From: Piromyces finnis finn
Lineage: Eukaryota > Fungi > Neocallimastigomycota
Assembly (NCBI GenBank): GCA_002104945.1
Contig: MCFH01000027.1
Coordinates: forward strand, 434,001-498,000
DNA length: 64,000 bases
Reading direction: 5' to 3'
The notes under the pieces are model-generated. The model saw only the letters and a program-made list of their open reading frames with translations. It did no database searches and had not been told where the DNA came from. This document shows, one piece after another, positions 30,401-40,279 of the stretch; the stretch's first letter is position 1; every line of letters begins with the position of its first letter. The position numbers and the translations under genes are program-made.

Positions 30401-31927
30401 ATTAGGATCGTTGGATTTTGCTGAAAGTATTTGGAATTTATTATGACTGAGAATAGATTCCTTTTCCTCAATACATTTTAATCTATTCCATTTCAGAATT
30501 TTCTTAGGAACATTAAAGTCATTAGAAAAATCTTCCATAGGAATAATTTTACCATTAATAAGAAGTGGCTTATGGTCTGATACAGGATAAAAATTATTTA
30601 TAAATGATCCTGAGTGAATAAGATCTTTCATCTTCGAATTGATAAGAGCATGGTCAATGTCGGAAGATTGATCACCTCGAGTCCAAGAGATAGTAGACCC
30701 TCTAAGCGGAAGAATTTCCCAATCTCCTAATCCATTAGTTGATAACCAGTTGGATAATTTTACTTTAGACATATTAAAATCACCAACAAGAATCGATGGA
30801 TGGGATGAATGAGTTTGTAACCACAAGCGAACTTCTAACTTTGCATGATCAACATAGATGTTGTGATGACTATGAGGCATATAAACATTTCCAATCGAGC
30901 ATTTGAATCTATTCCAGAGACTAAAAGTATAAATAGAAATAATATACTTTCCAGAGAAGTTTTCAAGTGAGGCTTGACACGAATTGTGAAAACCTAAATA
31001 TATACCTCTCATTCCTGGAACTGATTCGTCAGCTTTCTTGAAAAAGTGTCTATAGTTTCGCAAAGTAACACGACAAGGATAATCTGTATTCGAACCAGAA
31101 CCATTACCAGTTTCTTGGAAACATAAGAATAATGGTTTGAAAATAGCTGTGAAATAGCTAATACTATCTCTCTTTTCGTGATTCCACCCATTGGTGTTCC
31201 AACTAAGACAAAAAGAAAAGTTATCAGGCTTGTTGGATGAGGAAGAATCGTTGCTATTATTATTATTATTAAAGTCATCGTTATTAATGGATGATGCATC
31301 AGAGGAATAAGTAGAACTATTACTAGATGGCTGTGAAACTGAAGAACTATCAACTATTGAACTGTTATCAGAGTTGATAGAACTATTAGAATTAATTGTT
31401 GAATGTTGAGATTGAAATTGTGTTTGCTGTAGATCTGGAATATTTTCATGATGGGAAACTTGTTGAAGATCTTGTTGAAGATCTTGTTGAAGATCGGATT
31501 GTTGATGAGATTGTTGAACTGATTGTTGAAGTGATTGTTGAATAGAATGTTGATGTTTATTAGAAACTAAAATTTTACGTTTGAGAGTGGAAAAAGTGTA
31601 TTTGTGATTCCTTCTACTACGAGCTGAAAAGGAAATTGAGGTAACTGAAAGTTTCTTCTTTAACATGTGTAAGATTTTAATACAATCTTTTGATGAACCA
31701 TGAACCTTGACTAAGAAAAAGTGATCATTGAAAGTTTGAAAATATTTAACACTAATAACTGAATTAAATTTATCTTCTAGAATAACCTCGAGTTTTTCCC
31801 ATAGCATATTTACTGACCATGATCGAATACCACGGATAAAGAAGGAGCGAATATCATCTAAGGGGATACCATAAGACCGGGTACCACGTCTGATATAATT
31901 CTTATCTTTAATATAAAGGACTGACAT
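27413..31927 (-). CDS. LINE polyprotein (1504 aa): N-terminal region, APE endonuclease, reverse transcriptase, CCHC zinc knuckle
   Basis: APE motifs WNTNG, CFQET, ILVGDFNM, SDIDHAL, SDHKPL. RT motifs GPDGIP, IPKKGD...NYRGISL, QFGFR, FLDLRKAYDSV, GVRQGCPLSPILFN, LFAVD, YTYLGV. Knuckle CPCCKCGDQSIKHWLLDC. Confidence 0.97.
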   Translation of the reverse strand: MSVLYIKDKNYIRRGTRSYGIPLDDIRSFFIRGIRSWSVNMLWEKLEVILEDKFNSVISVKYFQTFNDHFFLVKVHGSSKDCIKILHMLKKKLSVTSISFSARSRRNHKYTFSTLKRKILVSNKHQHSIQQSLQQSVQQSHQQSDLQQDLQQDLQQVSHHENIPDLQQTQFQSQHSTINSNSSINSDNSSIVDSSSVSQPSSNSSTYSSDASSINNDDFNNNNNSNDSSSSNKPDNFSFCLSWNTNGWNHEKRDSISYFTAIFKPLFLCFQETGNGSGSNTDYPCRVTLRNYRHFFKKADESVPGMRGIYLGFHNSCQASLENFSGKYIISIYTFSLWNRFKCSIGNVYMPHSHHNIYVDHAKLEVRLWLQTHSSHPSILVGDFNMSKVKLSNWLSTNGLGDWEILPLRGSTISWTRGDQSSDIDHALINSKMKDLIHSGSFINNFYPVSDHKPLLINGKIIPMEDFSNDFNVPKKILKWNRLKCIEEKESILSHNKFQILSAKSNDPNVSTDELSKEFTSTAFSIADELSITSANNVIKSSFHISQQIFNLQKIKMKLYKRFKKERIYDIDEFIKRIKIYRKLIDYIHKRCNEFRKQEYLHWIKTGCEYMKSHNPKKAWKWIKKTAKIGKDSFFIAQPIKNKNGELVVATEEQLDVWHDHFENLASDPSGVSFDLEHWYEEPMNKRFSLPMLDEWDINQDISIDEVKSAILTTPNYKASGPDGIPIEFYKALIPSSNDSNNATDNNSSGNTTSDNDAHGLNFILKLFNRIWDGDFPNSWNESSIVSIPKKGDLTDCDNYRGISLINNGIKLISKIVTTRISEYGLKNNFIRPEQFGFRKKEESISLFISIQEICRRRQLDNKETYLAFLDLRKAYDSVPIGNILHKLDCLGIRGKSLQFIKNLYLTSKANVKLDGQFSKSFDVKKGVRQGCPLSPILFNLFINDIFKECEDLGVSLGDTRCCGGLFAVDIVICAPTRGCLKKMLRRVNEWALYNEMEFGIQKCSTMVIRPESIENQNKRDPTFYLAGQPIPTTDCYTYLGVPFDKNLSLKPVIKALNNKVLKGLFSVSKFLRNPNIPIPFKKLVLNSQVISRVSYFAPLLGSNKARSRIAQKHVNKGIRWVAGVHKAVSFISLYSISKDLNIPPLSAKCALAQVRCFNKWKNSNCIISYLVNYIPKFRKYTWCKSSRTLDKKLKKHGDIKAIKNFYWKDLKGNSIKAQYYDDNKFIETKDFIKLCYEYPEFAYGFYWLLKARSGYKLDARVAKAAKFVDPVCPNYCPCCKCGDQSIKHWLLDCPTFRDIRIKHYDSIVQLLKFFSQRNSNSPINNNEIDNIGRDSNNSNSNSNNSNNNNSNNNNSNNNNNSNRNNNISNDSNSEDNNSNLDSNLVNDSNSSNNPVNINVYDYSSVCSKIFKFLLGGRSFNNINYNSREWKELCKRQIQSGTNEGTPFLTVTAELLTKIMPFAIGQQWSMFKRFEATSKSVNAEETVRQARRASATNGDHNFVP

Positions 31928-32528
31928 GATAATTAATTCTAATTAAAAAATATTGAATATAAAATAAATACTAATAAAAATTATAAATATAACGTATATG
32001 GAAAAAAATCTATCTCTCTCTCTCTTCTTAAAAGTACTGGATAGTACAAAAATTGTTACGATGCTTTGTTTAAAGTTTCTTATTTTTTGAATTCTAGTTG
32101 TTAATTTTTTTTTTAAAAATTCTAGTTTTGGTTTGTTGTTAGTAAATTCGATTCGCTTTTTGACACTAAACTTGTTTGACTTCACTTTTCATTAAATATT
32201 TAAATTGGTAAAAAATTTGAATCAAGAATGTCGACACCAGAAAGCTTGTGAATAGTATTTTTACATGATGTAGAGTGAATCAGTCTCTTACAAGAAACAA
32301 TACAACAATAGCTACATGAATATAAAAATACAATGCAAATGCTAAAGTTGACTACATTGGATTCTTACAAGAGAAGAGTAGTACTACATGAATACATGAA
32401 TAAAAGAAAAAATACAGCAACAAAATGTATTACTCTTCTAATTAAATACTATACAAACTTACCTGAATATCAAACATTCAACTTATTCATCAAATACTTA
32501 AATTCGATGAATAAAATGTTTTTTAATC

Positions 32529-32700
32529 GCTCAGTACCATGAGCTTAGTCCTAATAATTTTTCCTTAAAGACTAACCAAGCATCCATTGCGCAATACTTG
32601 GATTTAATTCTTTCTACTCTCTCAGTACCATGAGCATGAGTAGACCCCCTTGAGAAACTCCATTTATTAAATAAATGAAGGCACGTTCCCAAGAGGGTAC
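32529..32700 (-). other. Candidate structured RNA element (five hairpins) in the LINE 5' leader
   Basis: Hand-folded stems at 32698-32644, 32643-32614, 32601-32576, 32575-32545 and 32544-32529. The 15-mer GCTCATGGTACTGAG is duplicated. Function unproven. Confidence 0.55.
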
Positions 32701-32781
32701 TTTTTTTTTTTTAATAACTAAGACAGCGATATGACGATGAGTTTAAACTTTTTTTAAAAAAAAATATATATATATATTTAT

Positions 32782-33035
32782 TATCTCTAAATGTTGAACA
32801 ATCTAATAGCCAATGCTTGATATTTTGATCTCCACTCTTTCAACACATGGACAGTAGTTAGGATATATTGGATCAACAAATTTAGCAGCTTTTGCAACCT
32901 TTAGCATCCAACTTGTATCCGCTTCCTGTTTTCAATAGCCAGTAGAAATCATAGGCAAATTCTGGGTACTCATAGCATAATTTAATAAAATCTTTAGTTT
33001 CAATAAATTTATTATCATCATCGTATTGGGTTTTA
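32782..33035 (-). pseudogene. Upstream fragment of the older LINE copy (right half of the interrupted target)
   Basis: Aligns by eye to ~28030-28280 of the intact element (DDNKFIETKDFIKLCYEYPEFAY...) with many substitutions and frameshifting indels. It begins with the right TSD copy. Confidence 0.88.
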
Positions 33036-33920
33036 GGGACTTTAAGAAGTCATCAAGTATCCATTATATAATGTATGGATTAATTGTAAATGACTATCCA
33101 GATCCATAAGGTATTAAGTAGATTCTAAAAAAAACTGCAATTTCAAGAATGAATTTTATTATTAAATTGAAAAAAAAAAATAAAATAAACTCAAGTTTTA
33201 TTCTATTGAAAAAATATATGGTAAATATTTTATTTTATTTTATTTTATTTTTTTTTAATCCAACACCATTAATATATAAATTATAAAATATTTTTAAAAA
33301 ATAAAAACTAAAAAAATTAAAATGAATTTCACTTTATACATTTGTTCTTTTCTATTTTTAAAGAAAAGAACTTTTTTTACACTTTTTATACTCCAGTTAA
33401 ATAGAAATTGGAATTTTTATTATCTTGTATAATGTGGTTTACTCAATTTTTTTTTTTTTTTTTACTTTGTTTTAATTATTAATTTAAAATTTCAAAACAA
33501 TCCCGCTTTTACTTTTTTTTTTTTTCCTGGTTTTGGGGTATTAATAAATATTAATATATATTATTTGTTAGTTTTAGGAATAAAAAAAAAAAAATGGAAA
33601 AAAATCTATAAATATATTTTTATATATAATTTTTTATTTTTTTTTTTTCTTTTTTTTTTTATTTAATAAACATTTTTCAATTATTTATTTTTTTTAATAA
33701 ATAAATAAAATAAAAAACAAAATATATATTAAATAAAAATATTATTATTATTGATAGTGTTTTTTACAATATTTTTAAATAACATCATACATAATTTTAT
33801 ATATAAAATAATTTAATTATTGAATTATTGAGATGTTGTTTAAAAAAATAAATAATTTAAAGATAGTATTCTTTTTTTTGAAATATATATTATAAATATA
33901 TCATTTTATTCCCAATGTAT

Positions 33921-36221
33921 TTAGAAATCAGCTTCAGAGTCTTCAGCATCTTCTAAATCAGCTAAAACTTCTTGAGTTTCAGTAGCATCATCAGCACTAT
34001 CTTCATTATTATCTAAATTTTCAGCAGCATCATCTTCAATTTCTTGTTCATCATTAGAACCTTCATTGGCATCTTCATTTTCAATGATATCATCAGCTTC
34101 AGTAATACCATTTTCTTTTTGTTCATCTTCAGAAAGTTCTTCACCTTGGTTTTCAATTTCATTGATTTTGTCAAGAATTTCTTGAACCTTTTCACTGTTT
34201 TCGTTGTGAAGAATTTCATCCTTTAATTGTTCGTGAAGGTCTTCAAGAATAGAATTGACATTTTCATCTTCAACTTCTTCATCATCACAATCTTCGTAAA
34301 TAGTAGTGGTTTCTTCTTCTTCTGGTTCTTCTTCATTTTCAATTTCATCATTTTCACCTTCATCGTTAGAGGCTTCATCTTGAGCTGGAAGTTCTTCAGC
34401 ACCTTCAGTTTCTTCACAGTCAACGTAAATAGTAGTGGTTTCTTCTTCTTCTTCTTCATTCATTTCTTCTTCATTTTCAGCTTCATCATTAGAGGCTTCA
34501 ACTTCATTGGCATTACCGGCAGTTTCTGGTTCTTCAGCTTCAACTTCATCATTAGATTGTTCATCAGCTGGAGTGGTAACTGGGGCAATGGTTTCATCAT
34601 TAGCTTCTTCGTTAACTGGGGCTTCAGCTTCAGTTTCATCATTAGAGGCTTCAACTTCATTGGCATTACCAGCAGTTTCTGGTTCTTCAGCTTCTTCAAC
34701 TTCATCATTAGATTGTTCATCAGCTGGGGCATCAGCAACTGGAGAATTAGCAACTGGAGCTTCAACTTCATCATTAGATTGTTCATCAGCTGGGGCATCA
34801 GCAACTGGAGAATTAGCAACTGGAGCTTCAGCTTCATCATTGGATTGTTCATCAGCTGGGGCATCAGCAACTGGAGAATTAGCAACTGGAGCTTCAGCTT
34901 CATCATTGGATTGTTCATCAGCTGGGGCATCAGCAACTGGAGAATTAGCAACTGGAGCTTCAGCTTCATCATTGGATTGTTCATCAACTGGGGTAGTAAC
35001 TGGAGCAACAACATCTTCGTCAGTAGTTTCTGGTCTTTCAATTGGAGCTTCATCTTCATCAATACTACCTTCATTGTCATCAGCAGTATTAGCTGGGTTT
35101 TCTTCTTCCTTTTCTTCTTCAGAGTTATCTTCAGCGAATGGAACTTCTGGAGTTTCTTCTTCATCAACGGATGGTTCTTCATTATTAGTACATTTTTCAA
35201 CCATTAATTCATTGAATTCTTCAGAAGTACATTCATCATCGAGAACATCAACAGTAATCTTAATTCTCTTACCACATTCAGATTCCTTTAATTCAACATT
35301 AATATCAGCATTAGTGTCATCGTACTTACTCTTGATGATTTCAGTAATCTTTTGGATTAATTCATCAACAGTTTCTTCAGCCTTCTTTACTTCAGTAACA
35401 GCTTCTTCTTCAGAGTTTTCATCAGCAGCTTCTTCATTGTTGTCACCAACTGGGACTTCAGCTGGAGAGTCATCAGCAACTGGAGCATCAACTGGAGTTT
35501 CATCATCAGAAGCATTGTCATCAACTGGAGTTTCATCAGCAGCAGTTTCATCACCAGAAGCAACATCATCATTAGCAGCTTCATCGGCTGGAGTGTCATC
35601 AATAGTGGTTTCATCAGCTGGAGCTTCATCACCGGAAGCATTGTCATTAGCATTGGTGTCATCATCAGCTGGAGTTTCATCATCAGCAGCAGTTTCATCG
35701 ATTGGGGTTTCATCACCAGAAGCAACATTATCTTCAATGTCTTGGTTTTCAACGGTGTCTTCTTGTGGTTCATTTTCAACCTTATCTTCAACCTCTGGGT
35801 TTTCAATGCTGTCTTCTTGTGGTTCATTTTCAACCTTATCTTCAACTTCTGGGTTTTCAATGCTGTCTTCTTGTGGTTCATTTTCAACATCATCTTCGAT
35901 TTCGTTGTTAGAAACAGTACCTTCATCAGCTGGGTTTTCAGCAACTTCAGTTTGTGGTTCATTTTCAACATTGTCTTCGACATCATCTTCTTCATCACCA
36001 GAATCGACATCATCTTCAAGTTTTGGAGCATCAGCTACATCTTCATTATCATCTTCTTCTAAACCATCTTCAACTGGACCATTGTTAATAATGTCATCAT
36101 TAACTTCTTCTTCATCATTGCTTAATTCAACTTCATTAGCATTACGTTTGCTAATTGGTTGAGCAATAACAAAAGTGACAAATAAAAGAGCAAATAAGAA
36201 TAAAATAATGTTCTTGTTCAT
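33921..36221 (-). CDS. Secreted, highly acidic (Glu/Asp/Ala/Pro) repetitive protein, 766 aa, function unknown
   Basis: Single-exon ORF with signal peptide MNKNIILFLFALLFVTFVIA, then PISKR (possible Kex2 site). Contains 22-aa and 18-aa tandem repeats and shows strong host-like codon bias (GAA/GAT/GCT). Confidence 0.9.
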   Translation of the reverse strand: MNKNIILFLFALLFVTFVIAQPISKRNANEVELSNDEEEVNDDIINNGPVEDGLEEDDNEDVADAPKLEDDVDSGDEEDDVEDNVENEPQTEVAENPADEGTVSNNEIEDDVENEPQEDSIENPEVEDKVENEPQEDSIENPEVEDKVENEPQEDTVENQDIEDNVASGDETPIDETAADDETPADDDTNANDNASGDEAPADETTIDDTPADEAANDDVASGDETAADETPVDDNASDDETPVDAPVADDSPAEVPVGDNNEEAADENSEEEAVTEVKKAEETVDELIQKITEIIKSKYDDTNADINVELKESECGKRIKITVDVLDDECTSEEFNELMVEKCTNNEEPSVDEEETPEVPFAEDNSEEEKEEENPANTADDNEGSIDEDEAPIERPETTDEDVVAPVTTPVDEQSNDEAEAPVANSPVADAPADEQSNDEAEAPVANSPVADAPADEQSNDEAEAPVANSPVADAPADEQSNDEVEAPVANSPVADAPADEQSNDEVEEAEEPETAGNANEVEASNDETEAEAPVNEEANDETIAPVTTPADEQSNDEVEAEEPETAGNANEVEASNDEAENEEEMNEEEEEETTTIYVDCEETEGAEELPAQDEASNDEGENDEIENEEEPEEEETTTIYEDCDDEEVEDENVNSILEDLHEQLKDEILHNENSEKVQEILDKINEIENQGEELSEDEQKENGITEADDIIENEDANEGSNDEQEIEDDAAENLDNNEDSADDATETQEVLADLEDAEDSEADF
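34700..34985 (-). repeat. Coding 66-bp tandem repeat (DEQSNDEAEAPVANSPVADAPA), ~4 copies
   Basis: Visible directly in DNA and protein. Confidence 0.92.
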
Positions 36222-37246
36222 TTTTTTCTTTCTTTATTATTTACAATAATTAAATTAAAATGTGTGTGATTATAAAATTATGTATAATTTTTTAAGTTTT
36301 TGGGTTTTTTTTTCTTGATAAAAAAAAAAAAAAAAGTTTTTCGCTTTAGTTACAATATTATATTAATTTGAGAGAATTGTTTTTAATAAATTAAAAAAAA
36401 AGTACTTTTATTTTTTATTGAAATAAATAAATAAATTTACAAGTGGGTTTTGCTTCAATAAAAATAAAAAAGTACTTATTGTCTATTTGAATAAAATTAA
36501 AGAAATTAAATAATTGCTATTTATTCTTTAATTTTGGTTTGTTTGTTTTTTTCTTTTTTTCTAAAAAAAAGAAGATTAAATGCTTTTTCTTTGCTTGTTA
36601 AAATATATTTTTTTTTTTACTTTTTACTTGATTCAGTAGGATTTGAATGAAAAAAAAAAAAAGAAAAATGTTTGAATATTTATAGGAAAAGTAAAATAGT
36701 CTGTTACTATTTTTAAACTTTATAAAACGGCGGTGATTATTTTTTATTAATATTATTATTTTTTATTAATATTATTATAATGATTCTTTTTTAAATAGCG
36801 TAAAGTTGTGAAATATTAATAATAAATTAGTATTAAAATAGTAATAAATTATTTATTATTATTAAATATTAAACGATTAATAAATATTAATAGAAAGTTT
36901 TAAGATAAATAATATTTAATAATTTAATATAAAAAGAAAACATTTTTTAATGTAACATTAATTATTGTTTAATATATTAAATTATTCAATTTTAATTAAT
37001 TATAATATATATTTTATATAAATTTTAATCAATTTAATATATTTTAATATATTGAACAATAAATTTAATTATATTAAAATAAAATATTTAATATAAATAA
37101 ATTAAATAAATAATTAAAAATGTTTATTTACCAAAACTTTAATTAATAATAAAATTACTTTGCGGAAATTTAAAAATAATGAACTTTTGAAAGAGAAAAG
37201 TATAACAAGAAAGATAATAAGGAAGATAATAAGGAAGATAATGAGT

Positions 37247-37392
<146 letters not shown>

Positions 37393-38663
37393 TTTTATAC
37401 ACTAATCAAAGAAAATAACAAAAAAAATATAATTCAATTAAAAGCAATAATAAAAGAAATTTGATTTGAAAATGATCGAGTTAAATTTACCTTTTGTTTA
37501 ATTAAACTATAAACTTTTTTTTTATTTTACTAATGTACAAAAAGTATTAATTGCATAGATGAAGTATAAATATTTATCATTAATTAATAATAAAATTATA
37601 TTAAAGAATAAATATAAAAAATCTCTATTATATATATAATAAATATAAAAAAAAAAGGTTTATTTCATGATGATTTGTTGTATAACATGAATTTAAAGAT
37701 GGATTTAATCATGATTAATTTTTAAAAGAATTAAAAATTTTTATTATTATTTTTTGTAGATAGCTTGGCAAAGTAAAAACTAAAAAAAAAAAAAAAAAAA
37801 AAAACAACAAACAACCCAACAAAAAAGAAAAAAAAAAACAATGCAAAATGGCAATTTCAAATTCTTTATTTTCATTATAAAGAAATCTTACGGCAAGTTT
37901 AAAAACTTTTAGTTTTTTTTTATTTTGACCGTTTTTATGATTAATTTTTTTTTATTTTTACAGAAAATATTTTTTTTTATAATAAAAAAAATTTAAAATA
38001 TTTAACCAATAAAATTTTGGTGAAACGGTAACTCATTCAAACCGCCAACCATTCTTATATAACGACGGTCAAATTTATGATCACATTAATGCGCGTGTAT
38101 TCATGTGCATTTATGAAAATAAATCATTCTTTTATTGATTTAAGCAATAGAATCAAATAAATATTAACATAAAGTATTTACCTTTTTTTTTTTTTTTTTT
38201 CTATATAATATATATAATATACTAAAAACCATTATGAATATATATATATAAACAAATTCAATTAATAATATTATAATTTTATTTTTATTTTCTTTTTTTT
38301 TTTATAGTGAATTGGGTGGATAGTAAAAATTAAAAAGTTTTAAGTTTTTTTTTTTATGTCCATTTGGTATAATATGATAATGCTTATTTGTATATATACT
38401 ATAAATATTATAAATATAGGATGAAAAAAAAAAAAAAAAGAAATATAAAAGAAAAAATAAAAATTGATGTTTCTTTTTAAAGAATAATTTTTTTTTTTTT
38501 TTTTTTTTTTTTTGCTAAAATCATTGGAAAATATAATTACATTGTTGGAAATAAAGTAGCTCAATAAATAAAATTTAAAATATTTTAATAAAAATAAAAA
38601 AAAGTATATAAAAACTAGTGTAATAATTAGAATTTACAAATTCTGTTTTTTTTTTTTTTTTTT

Positions 38664-40247
38664 TTAATCATAAAATATACTGGGTTCTAATGGTTCAAGA
38701 AAGGATGTCTTTTGAAAATAGGGAGTTTCGTGTTTTTTTCCATTACCAATTTCTTCAGATTCACCACCATTGTATGGTGTATAGTCTTGAGAAGAACGGG
38801 AGGAAGATGGTGATGGTAATAATTTTTCTTGATTTGGATAATAGGATAGATCATGATTATAATTTATTTTTTTATTGGGTGGTTGATAATTTTCAAAGGA
38901 ATCTTGACGATTTAATGTTGTTGTCATAGTACCATAATCATCATAACTTGACATTGCTTCTTGACGACGTTTTGGAGTGGAATAGTTTGAGGAATTGAAG
39001 TTTGTATCTAGCATCCTGGTAGTAGGAATTTCAGTAGTAGTAGTAGTAGTAGTAGTGGAACGGTCATAAAAGGTTGAATCATTCGATTGATAATTTGAAT
39101 TCACTTGGTATCTAATAGGGTATTCATCATCAGATTTTGTATTAAAGAGATTATAAATTCTGGAGGGGAAAGAGGATGGTTCATCATCTGCTTCTTCCGA
39201 TTTATACTGTGATCTTGCATTCAAATAAGCATTAGAATATTCATGATCTTTTGGAACATTAAATGCAGAAGAGTCGTAATCATTGGAAGAAGCCTTATTT
39301 TGACATTGAAATAGTGAATATTGAGATAAAGAATTCTGATGATGGGAATATGAATTCATTTCATGATTATTATTGGAATGATAATAGGATGAGTTGGATT
39401 CTAGATTTTCTAAAGGTGGTAATGGTAATGAACGCGTATTTCTTTCTCTTGAATTAAAGTCATTATCATTATTTTGATCATTGAATTGATTATCATAATT
39501 ATAATCGGTGGTATTATTATTGATATTAAAGTTATTGGTATATATATTATAGTCATTACTATCAATACTGTTATTATTATTATTGATATTACTATTGATA
39601 TTACTGTTGTTGTTGTTGTTGCTGCTGTTATTTATGGTGTGGTTATTATTAAAGTAATTATTTTTATTAATGTTGTATTGATAATTATTATTGCTATGAT
39701 TATTATTATCATTGGTATTAGTATGGTTGTTGTTGTTGTTGTTGCTGTTGTTACTGTTATAACTAATAAATTCTATTGATCTACTATTAATATTAATTTC
39801 ATTATAGTCATTATAATTATTGTTATTATTTACATTTTTATATATAGGATTATTTATTGTATTATTATTATTATTATTATTGTTGTTGTTGTTGTTGTTG
39901 TTGATGTTATTATTGATGGTATTGTTATCATTATTGTTGTTGTCATTGATGCCATTGTTGTTATTGTTAATGATGTCACTATTGTTAATATTATTATTTG
40001 TGTTACTGTTATTATTGTTGTTATTATTGTTGTTTTTAATGGTATTATTGTTATTGACGTTATGACTGTTGTTAATATTATCAGAAGTATCATTATTAAT
40101 GCTATTATTGTTTTGATACTTTAGGGTAGAATTAAATTTATTATTTTTATTTCTTTGATTAATATTACTTATAAAATTATTAATAATACTAATGTTATCC
40201 ATATTGTCATTACTACTTTCACTTTCATTTTTATCATTATTATCATT

Positions 40248-40279
<32 letters not shown>

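Larger units (their letters stand above)
27149..32781 (-). mobile_element. Full-length non-LTR retrotransposon (LINE), 5.6 kb, single ORF, poly(A) tail, 14-bp TSD
   Basis: T-run at 27147-27170 is the poly(A) tail on the minus strand. Direct repeats TATCTCTAAATGTT at 27135-27148 and 32782-32795. 3' UTR ~240 nt, 5' leader ~850 nt. Confidence 0.92.

Noticed and set aside
31943-32185. 80-aa ORF in frame with, and one stop codon upstream of, the LINE polyprotein (possible readthrough or ORF1 remnant)
   Set aside because: Non-ATG start, AT-rich low-information sequence and no recognisable motif. It would need conservation among sibling copies.
32333-32542. 69-aa antisense ORF in the LINE leader (analogy to L1 ORF0)
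   Set aside because: Short, with no motif, and no supporting evidence from a single copy
32600-32760. Hammerhead or HDV ribozyme assignment for the leader structure
   Set aside because: No CUGANGA...GAAA core with correct spacing on either strand, and I could not build the HDV nested double pseudoknot by hand. Kept only as an unassigned structured RNA.
23472-32781. Functional link between HMCES (abasic-site shield) and the neighbouring APE-encoding LINE
   Set aside because: The TSD shows a recent independent insertion, so adjacency gives no evidence of a coupled system
34013-36162. Long overlapping ORFs (e.g. 34435..36162 +, 34227..35207 +, 34460..35200 -, 35387..36031 -)
   Set aside because: Shadow or alternate frames of the repetitive, codon-biased acidic protein; low-complexity S-, F- or M/K/L-rich translations
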